A stretch of DNA of 64,000 nt, taken from contig JASFLY010000005.1 in assembly GCA_050117845.1 (NCBI GenBank), positions 32,001 to 96,000 on the forward strand, written 5' to 3'. The DNA is from Candidatus Zixiibacteriota bacterium (GTDB lineage Bacteria > RBG-13-66-14 > B26-G2 > WVWN01). The position numbers were made by a program, and so were the translations under genes. Of this stretch, positions 28,679 to 36,500 are shown in pieces. Numbering within the stretch: position 1 is the stretch's first letter; each line of letters opens with the position of its first letter. The notes below the pieces were generated by a model. That model made no database searches and was not told where the DNA came from. It saw only the letters and a program-made list of their open reading frames with translations.

Positions 28679-28711
28679 AGGCCGGGCCCGAGGACGAGGA
28701 GGGAACTGGTG

Positions 28712-29380
28712 ATGGTTTTTAAACACGCCCGGCGGCTCGTCGCCGTCGTTTTGGGGATGGCGGCCGCGCTTTACGCCGGGGAATATATCGTCGGCGTGGA
28801 CACCGGCAATTTTGCCCACCCCTTCTCCGGTTGCTGAAGCTGGGATGCCGACCGGGACCAGAATTTGGTCCTGCAAAGTGACGGCCTCCCGGCCGGAACC
28901 GTGACCCGGTGGGAATGGCGCACCGGCGCTTCGAAGACCTTCCTCGCCGGGTATTTCGACAATTTCAGGTTAACTCTCTGCCATACCGGCTTGGGCTCCC
29001 TGACAAACAGCTACGCCGGCAACTACGACGGCCGCACCCCCGTGAACGTGTTCGAACGGAGCCGCCTCACCGTGAGTCAGGTGGCGCCCGAGACCTGGCT
29101 TCCCTTCGACTTCGACACGCCGTTCGATTACAACGGCACGGATAATCTCATCGTCGAGGTATGGTGGGAGGGCGATAACGGCGCCGGCGGCTCGGCCCGT
29201 TACGGCAACGCCGGCGGCGGCCCCCGCCAACTCTATTCCGGCATATTGAACGGCGTCCCGTACGGCGGGTATCCTGATAACGGCTACACGTCGGCGTACA
29301 TGCATTACATGCGGATAACGATGTCCGCCGCGGCGGTAAACTCGTCGTCGCTCGGCCGGATACGGGCCTTATATCGTTAG
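28712..29380 (+). CDS. Secreted candidate selenoprotein, paralog 7 (222 aa; TGA 28835-28837, PFSGC-U-S)
   Basis: GAGGAGG RBS; hairpin CGGGACCAG-AAT-TTGGTCCTG 28853-28873. Confidence 0.83.
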
Positions 29381-29399
29381 GAGAGGAATCGGATCGGTA

Positions 29400-29425
29400 A
29401 GCCGGCCGCGAGGCCGGCTTTTTTT
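29400..29425 (+). terminator. Intrinsic terminator
   Basis: AGCCGGCC-GCGA-GGCCGGCT then T-tract. Confidence 0.85.
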
Positions 29426-29542
29426 ATGGCTTACGAAACCCGGGGAGAAAAGCGTTGCGTTCCCGGAGTAAAACGGTTATAATCCCCGGAATCAAACGAA
29501 TACTCATCCGGAATTGATAAAAGAAAACATCCCGGAGGACAA

Positions 29543-30172
29543 ATGCGAAATACTGTGTTTCTAACGCTCGCCATTATGGTGGCCGCGACGTCGGCCTTCG
29601 CCGGCGTGAAGATAGCCGGTTTTAAGAATACGACCATAGACGAGCCGTTCTGTTCGGGTTGAGGGACGTCCTATCGGGTCCAGGTCTTGGTCCTGAAAAA
29701 GCAGCTTGGCTTCACGGCCCCCATTACGCGCATCGAATACCACTCCGCCGGCGTTTATTCCAACGTCGAATTCCACGACCTCGAACTCAGGATGTGCCAC
29801 ACGTCGTTCGAGGAGCTTACCGCCAACTTCAGCGACAATTACGATAACAACACGCCCGTGCTGGTCGCGACCGCCGACCCGTTCGTCGTCAACGTCAAAC
29901 TCGATGATTGGTTCGGGTTCGACCTGTCGCCCCAGTTCGAATACAACGGAACCGGCAATCTCATATTAGAGATCCGGTGGCAAAACCAGGCGATGGGCGA
30001 CAAAGCGAATACGTGGGCGTACGATACCGGCGTGGGGCGGATGCTCAAGACGCGCGAGTACAACGGCGCGACCGGCGGCCTCGTTCCCACCGTCAACCAG
30101 TTCCGCTTAACGTACAGCAACCCGGCGGTGGCGCCGACCTCTCTCGGCCGCGTCCGGGCGTTGTACCGTTAA
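29543..30172 (+). CDS. Secreted candidate selenoprotein, paralog 8 (209 aa; TGA 29660-29662, PF-CSGU-G, CxxU type)
   Basis: GGAGG RBS; hairpin CGGGTCCAG-GTC-TTGGTCCTG 29675-29695 (one mismatch); promoter TTGCGT-17-TATAAT 29455-29483. Confidence 0.83.
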
Positions 30173-30197
30173 ACCGATAATCGTACAAATTAGCAAA

Positions 30198-30224
30198 GGC
30201 GGGCCCCCTGGCCCGCCGCTTTTT
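30198..30224 (+). terminator. Intrinsic terminator
   Basis: GGCGGGCC-CCCT-GGCCCGCC-gc-TTTTT. Confidence 0.7.
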
Positions 30225-30295
30225 CTATCAACGGGACCGATATTCGCGTCGGTCGGACGATGAGGTCGCCGGGTAGTAATAACTGACGCATGAGG

Positions 30296-30321
30296 GGTGG
30301 CACCGGCATTCCTGCCGGTGG
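30296..30321. repeat. Isolated REP-like palindrome, same class as the 12.1-12.6 kb cluster
   Basis: CACCGGCA-TTCC-TGCCGGTG. Confidence 0.6.
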
Positions 30322-30436
30322 TATTACGTTAACACCTGACGGCGCGTTTTGAAAAGTGCGTCCTTAGTCGTACCCCACCGGGGCCGATTCCGTGAAAACG
30401 CTTGACCCAAAACCTTCAATATTATAGTATACGCTC

Positions 30437-31216
30437 ATTAGCAAGCGACGCCGCATCCTGGTTACGAACGACGACGGCGTCCGGGCCCCGGGGATCATGG
30501 CCCTGGCTCGGGCGCTCGACGTATGCGGCGACGTGGTCGTGGTCGCGCCCGACCGGGAACGGTCGGCCGTGGGGCACGCCGTGACGATGACCCAACCCCT
30601 GCGGGCCTGGAACGAGAAATGGCCCGACGGCCGGGAGGTCTTCGCGGTCGACGGGACGCCGGCCGACTGCGTCAAGATAGCGGTCAAGGCCCTGCTCGAA
30701 GCCCCGCCGGACGCGGTGGTATCGGGTATAAACCTGGGTGGCAACGCCGGCGTAAACGTGATATACTCCGGGACCGTTTCGGCGGCCACCGAGGCGACCA
30801 TCCTCGGGATACCGGCGGCGGCGGTGTCGCTCGACAGCTTCGTCGACAAGAACTTCGAAGTGGCGGGCCGGGTGGCCGCGTGGGTGGCGACCCGTATCCT
30901 GGACGAGGGTTTGCCCCCCGGCGTCCTGCTAAACGTCAACGTCCCGGCGACCGGCGGGGAAGAACCCGCCGGCGTACGGGTGACCCGGCAGAGCGGCGCC
31001 GTTATGGAGGACCGCTACGACGAGCGGTTGGATCCCCGCGGGCGGCGTTACTTCTGGCTCGCCGCGGAGCGCCTCGGCGTTCCGGACCCGAAAGATGACG
31101 ATGACATGACGGCCCTGCGCGAAGGGTACGTCTCCATTACGCCTATACATTACGACCTCACCGACGAGGAGGCCCGGCGCCGTATTGCCGGGTGGGTTGA
31201 CGAGGCCGCGTTCTAA
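30437..31216 (+). CDS. surE: 5'/3'-nucleotidase SurE (probable non-canonical ATT start)
   Basis: RILVTNDDG lies upstream of the first ATG (30497); GTPADCV, SGIN.G.N.G, YSGTV.AA.E. Confidence 0.92.
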   Translation: MSKRRRILVTNDDGVRAPGIMALARALDVCGDVVVVAPDRERSAVGHAVTMTQPLRAWNEKWPDGREVFAVDGTPADCVKIAVKALLEAPPDAVVSGINLGGNAGVNVIYSGTVSAATEATILGIPAAAVSLDSFVDKNFEVAGRVAAWVATRILDEGLPPGVLLNVNVPATGGEEPAGVRVTRQSGAVMEDRYDERLDPRGRRYFWLAAERLGVPDPKDDDDMTALREGYVSITPIHYDLTDEEARRRIAGWVDEAAF

Positions 31217-31249
31217 TTATTCGCCGCGATTCAGGAGGCCACAGCGGTT

Positions 31250-32683
31250 ATGCGGTTATTCGAAAATTCGAAATTCAATTTCATCGGCCTGGGGCGGCCC
31301 GCCCTCATCTTGTCGGCCGTCCTGATGGCGGCCAGCCTCGTACTGATATTCGCTAAGGGCCCCAATTTCGGCATCGACTTCACAGGCGGCGTCAGAATAG
31401 ACGTTCTCACCAACCGCCGCGTTACGGTCTCCGACCTCGAGAAGATACGCGGCGCCGTGCCGGTCGAGATTCATTCCGTAGGCCGTGACGAGCGCGAGAT
31501 GCTCATCTCGCAAAAGGGCCTCGAGAAGGCGGAGGTCTACGCCGACGCCATCGTCGAAGGCCGCCGCAAGGCCGGCAAGTTCACGAGCCTCGCCGAAGTC
31601 GCCGCCCTCCCGGGCGTCGACCTTACAGAGGACGACCTGGCCCGGGTCTTCGCCGTAACCGCCGCCGAGACCGAGGGCTCCAAGGGCTCCCTGCGCATCA
31701 ACATCAATAAAGCGGCGCCGGACAACATCCGCGAGCGCGTCCAGCAGATAATCGTCGACAACACCGTCGCGAATATAAGCCGTGTACTCGGCGAAATCTT
31801 CGGCGTACCGAAGGACGCCGCCGGCAAACTCGACATCAATACCATCGAGGACCGCGAACTCCTAGAAGAGACGCTCGCCGAACATATGTCCGGCCGGGAC
31901 GCCGCGGCCATTGCCCGCAACGTCGCCCGTGAACGCAACCTCGGCGCTTCGACCGAGGCTACTATTCTCCTTCCGTCGCTCGACGCCGCCACCGAGGGCT
32001 CGGACGTATCGCCGGACGGCAAGGCCGCCCTCCGCGCCAACTTCTACGCCGGCTCCTTCGCCATCCGCGGCACCGAGAACATCGGCCCCCGCGTCAGCCA
32101 GAAACTCATCGGCCTGGCGATGAAGGCGCTCGGCTTCGCGCTGCTCGCGATGCTCGCCTACATCGCCATCCGCTTCAAGGTGACCAGCGGCATCGTCGCC
32201 ATCATCAGCCTCATCCACGACGTCGTTATAACCCTCGGCCTGGCTGTGCTGGTTGGTATCGAGATGGACCTGACCGTCATCGCCGCCTTCCTCACCGTCG
32301 TGGGTTACTCCATCAACGATACCGTCGTGACGTACGACCGTATCCGGGAGGACTCCAAGCAGGGTCGCAAGGAGTCCTACCGCGAGATGCTCAACCGGGC
32401 CATCAACGAGAACCTATCCCGTACCATCATTACCGGTATGGGTTCGTTAATAGCTCTCCTTATTCTGTTCTTCCTGGGCGGCGAGGCGCTACGCGGGTTC
32501 GCTTTCGTCCTCTGGGTGGGTATAGTCCTCGGGACCTACTCGTCGATTTACGTCTGCGCCGCGCTGCTCGACCAGATAGACAGCTTCCGGTCGCGGCGTC
32601 GGCGGGCGCAGGTCGAGTCCAAGGTCTCGTCCCGCTCCCAGGCCCAGGTCAAGAAGAAGATTCGCAAACGTAAAAAGCGGTAG
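31250..32683 (+). CDS. secF: Protein translocase subunit SecF with an enlarged periplasmic region
   Basis: GIDFTGG, IGP.VS..L, YIAIRF, HDV, GYSINDTVV.YDRIRE, SRTIIT, GTYSSIY. Confidence 0.9.
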   Translation: MRLFENSKFNFIGLGRPALILSAVLMAASLVLIFAKGPNFGIDFTGGVRIDVLTNRRVTVSDLEKIRGAVPVEIHSVGRDEREMLISQKGLEKAEVYADAIVEGRRKAGKFTSLAEVAALPGVDLTEDDLARVFAVTAAETEGSKGSLRININKAAPDNIRERVQQIIVDNTVANISRVLGEIFGVPKDAAGKLDINTIEDRELLEETLAEHMSGRDAAAIARNVARERNLGASTEATILLPSLDAATEGSDVSPDGKAALRANFYAGSFAIRGTENIGPRVSQKLIGLAMKALGFALLAMLAYIAIRFKVTSGIVAIISLIHDVVITLGLAVLVGIEMDLTVIAAFLTVVGYSINDTVVTYDRIREDSKQGRKESYREMLNRAINENLSRTIITGMGSLIALLILFFLGGEALRGFAFVLWVGIVLGTYSSIYVCAALLDQIDSFRSRRRRAQVESKVSSRSQAQVKKKIRKRKKR

Positions 32684-32720
32684 CTGTTCCGGCCGGGCGC
32701 ACCGCCCGGCCGCTTGAACC

Positions 32721-33500
32721 GTGCTGGCCTCCATCGACAACGGCGTATACGTCGCGCTCATCGCGCTGTACGGCCTGTTGGCCGTGACGCACGTCTTCCG
32801 CCGCAACGGCGTCCCGCCGTTGAGCTGGGGCGTGCTCCTCCTCCACACCGGCCTAATCGTCCTGCGCTGGGTGGAGGTGGGGCGGACCCCTTTCTCCTCT
32901 CTCTACGAGTGCCTGTCCCTCTTCGCGTGGGCGGGAGCTTTGGCCTACCTACTGGTCCAGCGCTTCGGCCGGGAGAAGGTCCGCTGGTCCGGCGTCGTCC
33001 TCTTCGTACTGATGGCGGCCGCCATGGCCTACGGTTCCACCAAGGACCCGGCCATAAAGCCCCTCTCGCCGGCCCTCGACTCCGTCTGGTTCGAGATCCA
33101 CGTCATCCCGGCGTTCGCGTCGTACGCGCTCTTCGTCGCGGCCTTCGCCTACATGTTCGAGTTCCTGGTGACGGCGGCGCGGCACGAGCGCCTGCAGGAG
33201 TTCTCCCGCAAGCTCATCCTCTTCGGCTTTCCGCTTCTGACCTTCGGCATCCTGTCCGGGGCCGGCTGGGCCGAGGAGACATGGGGGACCTACTGGTCCT
33301 GGGACCCGAAGGAGACGGCGTCACTCGTGACCTGGTCGGTCTACCTGGCCTATATCCACGCGGCCCGGAGCCCCCGCTTCTGCCGGGGGCCGGCGCGCAT
33401 TCTCAACGTGCTGGGCTTCGTCTCTATGATGTTCACGTTCCTCGGATTCAACCTGCTCGCGAAGCTGTTGGGCCTCCCGACCGCCCATGCGTATACGTAA
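32721..33500 (+). CDS. ccsA: Cytochrome c biogenesis protein CcsA/ResC
   Basis: PALDS.W..IHV, GA.WA...WG.YWSWDPKE (WWD domain). Confidence 0.92.
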   Translation: MLASIDNGVYVALIALYGLLAVTHVFRRNGVPPLSWGVLLLHTGLIVLRWVEVGRTPFSSLYECLSLFAWAGALAYLLVQRFGREKVRWSGVVLFVLMAAAMAYGSTKDPAIKPLSPALDSVWFEIHVIPAFASYALFVAAFAYMFEFLVTAARHERLQEFSRKLILFGFPLLTFGILSGAGWAEETWGTYWSWDPKETASLVTWSVYLAYIHAARSPRFCRGPARILNVLGFVSMMFTFLGFNLLAKLLGLPTAHAYT

Positions 33501-33918
33501 AATTATCGTCGCGTTGCTCGTATCGTCGTTCGCGGCGGCGAGCGCCTCCGCGGTGGTTATGCCGGACGCGGAAGGCCGGACGTTGGACGCGCCGGGAGTG
33601 GGGACCTTCGTCGTCACGGGGTGCGGGCCGGGGCTGGTCCTGCGGCTCTACGCCGGCGACGAGGACTTCGAGGGGCTGGACAGCGCGCCGGACATATACG
33701 GCGTCGAGTGCGACGTCGGCCTGCTCTACTGGGACGACGGCGGCCGGGAGCTGTTCTACTGGAAATCGGACGACGGCGGCTATTCCATCTGGGTGTGGCG
33801 TCCCGGCGGGTCGCCGGCGCTGGTCGCCTGGTCCTGGACGAGGCCGGCGTATACCGCGGAGGGGGTTGACGGCGGCCCCAGGCCGGCGTCGGTGCGCTGG
33901 CTTCCCGACGACGAATAG
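33487..33918 (+). CDS. Hypothetical secreted protein
   Basis: Signal-peptide-like N-terminus; overlaps the ccsA stop. Confidence 0.55.
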   Translation: MRIRKIIVALLVSSFAAASASAVVMPDAEGRTLDAPGVGTFVVTGCGPGLVLRLYAGDEDFEGLDSAPDIYGVECDVGLLYWDDGGRELFYWKSDDGGYSIWVWRPGGSPALVAWSWTRPAYTAEGVDGGPRPASVRWLPDDE

Positions 33919-33935
33919 CCGTTTCCGGATAATCT

Positions 33936-34709
33936 ATGGGCGAAAATAAAAGCAAGGTCCCCGCCTGGACGGCGCTTTACCTCAACCTCTACGACGTGTT
34001 GGGCTACGTCGCGCCGGGGTTCGTTCTCCTCGCCGGCCTCTTCGCCTTCGCGGGGCGGTACGGCTTCTGCGGTTACGACCTCCGCTTCATGGCCCTCAAA
34101 CACTTCGTGAGCGCCTTCAGCCTCTACGTCGTCGCCGGCGGCATCGTCGCCTGCTACCTCGCGGGCAACTTCCTGGCCGCGCTCAGCAAGATCCCGGAGC
34201 GGTTCAATTTGTTCGGCCTGGCCCGCGTGCCGGACTTCCTCTTCGAGGGCGGGGCTGCCGGGCCACGCTACAAACGCGGCGTCCCCGAGGAACTGCTGGA
34301 ACGCTTCGCCCGGGCCTACTGGCGGACCTTCCTCCGGCAGAGCGACGCCGATGCTACGGGCCCCTACCTCCCGCTTCTGCGGGGGATGGCGAAGGAAGGC
34401 CGCCTCCGCTACGGCGGCGTCATCTGGGACTGCTACGATTACCTGCTCAGCCGCGAGCCGGCCCAACATTACGCCGCGTACTCGTTTTTATCTTTATATG
34501 GATTCTTCCGGGCGGTTATGGCGGCGGGCGTCTTGCTTACCATCTTCGCCTTCACCGTGGTGGATTACGGCGCCTTCTCGGCCGTTGACGTCGCCTGGCT
34601 CGCCGTTCCCATAATCATTACGCTGTTCTCGGTCTCGCGTTATCTCAAGTTCGGCCGGCAGTTCTACTATCAGACGCTACGGTCCTTCGCGGTGGTCGTG
34701 CGTGAGTAG
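33936..34709 (+). CDS. Hypothetical membrane protein
   Basis: Four predicted TM segments; YD.LGY..PG motif. Confidence 0.65.
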   Translation: MGENKSKVPAWTALYLNLYDVLGYVAPGFVLLAGLFAFAGRYGFCGYDLRFMALKHFVSAFSLYVVAGGIVACYLAGNFLAALSKIPERFNLFGLARVPDFLFEGGAAGPRYKRGVPEELLERFARAYWRTFLRQSDADATGPYLPLLRGMAKEGRLRYGGVIWDCYDYLLSREPAQHYAAYSFLSLYGFFRAVMAAGVLLTIFAFTVVDYGAFSAVDVAWLAVPIIITLFSVSRYLKFGRQFYYQTLRSFAVVVRE

Positions 34710-35814
34710 GTTCGGCAAAGGTCTCTGGAAGTTTCTCACCTCGCTCGAGCTGGCGGTCGTGCTGGTCGTCCTGCTCGCGGCCTTGATGGTCGTCGGCGCC
34801 CTCCTGCCGCAGGGCATGGACGACGAGTTCTACCTCAAGGCCTGGGACGTCGGGACCTACCACACCCTCCGCGACCTCGGCCTGCTCGGCATTTTCCACA
34901 GCGCCATCTTCCTCGTCCCGGCCTTCCTCTTTGCCGTCAACCTTCTATGCTGCGGCATCAACTTCCTCCGCGGCAGCACCGACGCCGTCGGCCTGCGGCG
35001 GGCCGTCTCGGCCGTGTACCACCTTATAATATTCGCGATGCTGGTCGGCTTCGTCGCTACCTTCCTCTTCTCCTACGGCGGCGAGATATTGATCAAGCCG
35101 GGGGAGAGCAAGCGCGTCCCGCTGGACCGCGGCGAGACGGCCTGGGCCAGGGCCCTCGGGCGGCTGGGCCTCCCGGCCCCCACGAACACCAAATCCCCGT
35201 ACGAGTTGCGCCTCCAGGATTTCACGACGACCTACGTCGAGCGAGACGGCAAGGTTTTCGTCAAGGATTGGATAAGCGAGTTGGAGGTCGTCCGGTTCGG
35301 CGAGGTGGTCCGCGCCGGCCGGGTGGAGGTAAACAGGCCGCTGGTCTACGGCGGCATGAAGTATTACCAGGCCTACTTCGACCAGGAGATAACCTTCGAC
35401 GTGGACGGCCGGCCGCAGACGATGGGCCCCGGCGAGCCGCTGATACTCGGCAAGGAAATGATGATGGTCTCGACCGTAAAGGCCGGGACGCTGCTCGGCG
35501 AGGGCGGCGAGGCCGACAGGCCCCTCGGCCCCTACGTCGAACTCAAGGAGATGCCGGGGGACAAGTGGCACCGCGTCACCAAGGATGTGCGGCCGGGCCT
35601 CAAACTCGAGCGCGGCGTCCCCGCGGAGGTCCGCGGCCACGCCGTAACCTTCACCGGCTTCGAGGAGTCGAGCGGCTTTACCTACAAGCACGACCCGGCG
35701 GTGCGGTACCTATGGGTGCTGTGGATCGCCTTCATGGTCCTGTTGTCGTTTCGGATATACGTGCTGGAGTTGGCGGGAGGCCGGGGGGCGGGCCGGCGCC
35801 GAGGGACGGAGTAG
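34702..35814 (+). CDS. Cytochrome c biogenesis protein ResB/CcsB-like
   Basis: FL.SL.LAV, GALLPQ, L.L..IFHS, VNL.CC, VN.PL.YGG...YQ, DP. Confidence 0.85.
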   Translation: MSRFGKGLWKFLTSLELAVVLVVLLAALMVVGALLPQGMDDEFYLKAWDVGTYHTLRDLGLLGIFHSAIFLVPAFLFAVNLLCCGINFLRGSTDAVGLRRAVSAVYHLIIFAMLVGFVATFLFSYGGEILIKPGESKRVPLDRGETAWARALGRLGLPAPTNTKSPYELRLQDFTTTYVERDGKVFVKDWISELEVVRFGEVVRAGRVEVNRPLVYGGMKYYQAYFDQEITFDVDGRPQTMGPGEPLILGKEMMMVSTVKAGTLLGEGGEADRPLGPYVELKEMPGDKWHRVTKDVRPGLKLERGVPAEVRGHAVTFTGFEESSGFTYKHDPAVRYLWVLWIAFMVLLSFRIYVLELAGGRGAGRRRGTE

Positions 35815-35934
35815 CGTATTTCGGGGGCCCGCGGCGACGCGGGTTTTTTTGTCCCGGGAATGCGACCGGGCGTGGCAAATGCGGTAAAATTATATTATAA
35901 TGAAAATGAGAAAGGATAACGTTCGGAGGAAATT

Positions 35935-36486
35935 TTGCCGCGTAAAAAGAAAAACGACGAAGCGATAGAGGCCCGGATTCGGGCGCTCGAGGATGAACTG
36001 CTGGCGGTTAAGGCCGACTACCTCGGCGCCGCCATCGACGACCTGCGCCGGCCCAAGGGGCCCTTCGCCGTGGTGACGTTCCGGGCGGGGGAGAAGACCT
36101 TCGCCCTGCCGCTGTGGTCGGTCAAGGGGATTTCCCGGGCGGTGGCGGTGGCGGACCGCGATGAACTGGGCCCCGGTTTCGTGGGCGTTATCAACTACCA
36201 CGACGAGCTGGTCCCGGTGCTGGACGCGACGGCGGCCCTGGGCACCGAGGCCCGCGACCTGGACCTGGGCGACCACGTTATTTACTTCTCGGCCGGCGGC
36301 CGGCGGGTCGCGATGATCGTCTCGGCGGTGCTCGACGTGGAGTCGTTCGACGGCGAAAAAATAATCTCGGCGGGCGACGCCGGCCTGCCCCGACGGCCCT
36401 TCCTGGGCGTGTATGACCAAGGCGGCCGCCTGATTCGTATCCTCGAGCCGGCGGGGCTTCTTTTGGACGCGGCCGAGGACGCCTAG
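35935..36486 (+). CDS. cheW: CheW-domain protein
   Basis: F......FALP...V, GVINYH..LVPVLD; TTG start after GGAGG. Confidence 0.8.
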   Translation: MPRKKKNDEAIEARIRALEDELLAVKADYLGAAIDDLRRPKGPFAVVTFRAGEKTFALPLWSVKGISRAVAVADRDELGPGFVGVINYHDELVPVLDATAALGTEARDLDLGDHVIYFSAGGRRVAMIVSAVLDVESFDGEKIISAGDAGLPRRPFLGVYDQGGRLIRILEPAGLLLDAAEDA

Positions 36487-36500
36487 GCGGCGGTTTGCGG

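Noticed and set aside
24194..30172. Genome-wide TGA reassignment (Trp or Gly; code 4/25) as the explanation for the in-frame TGAs
   Set aside because: TGA is a real stop in lexA, cbiM, cbiQ, ftsE, the AsmA gene and the Rdx gene, several with ATGA/GTGA coupling. Trp is TGG throughout, and internal TGAs appear only beside Cys.
24194..30172. The array genes are pseudogenes with nonsense mutations
   Set aside because: The same codon at the same position in seven highly divergent copies, with no other lesions and intact promoters, RBSs and terminators.
24470..30172. ORF-track starts at 24470, 25268, 25929, 26706, 28865, 29687 (and 53003)
   Set aside because: These are internal codons after the TGA; they lack the RBS and signal peptide found upstream in frame.
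24770..30172. Recurring GCCGACGTCGCTGGGCCGCGT-like DNA as attC sites or DGR repeats
   Set aside because: It encodes the C-terminal peptide and varies at synonymous positions; no integron integrase or reverse transcriptase in the window.
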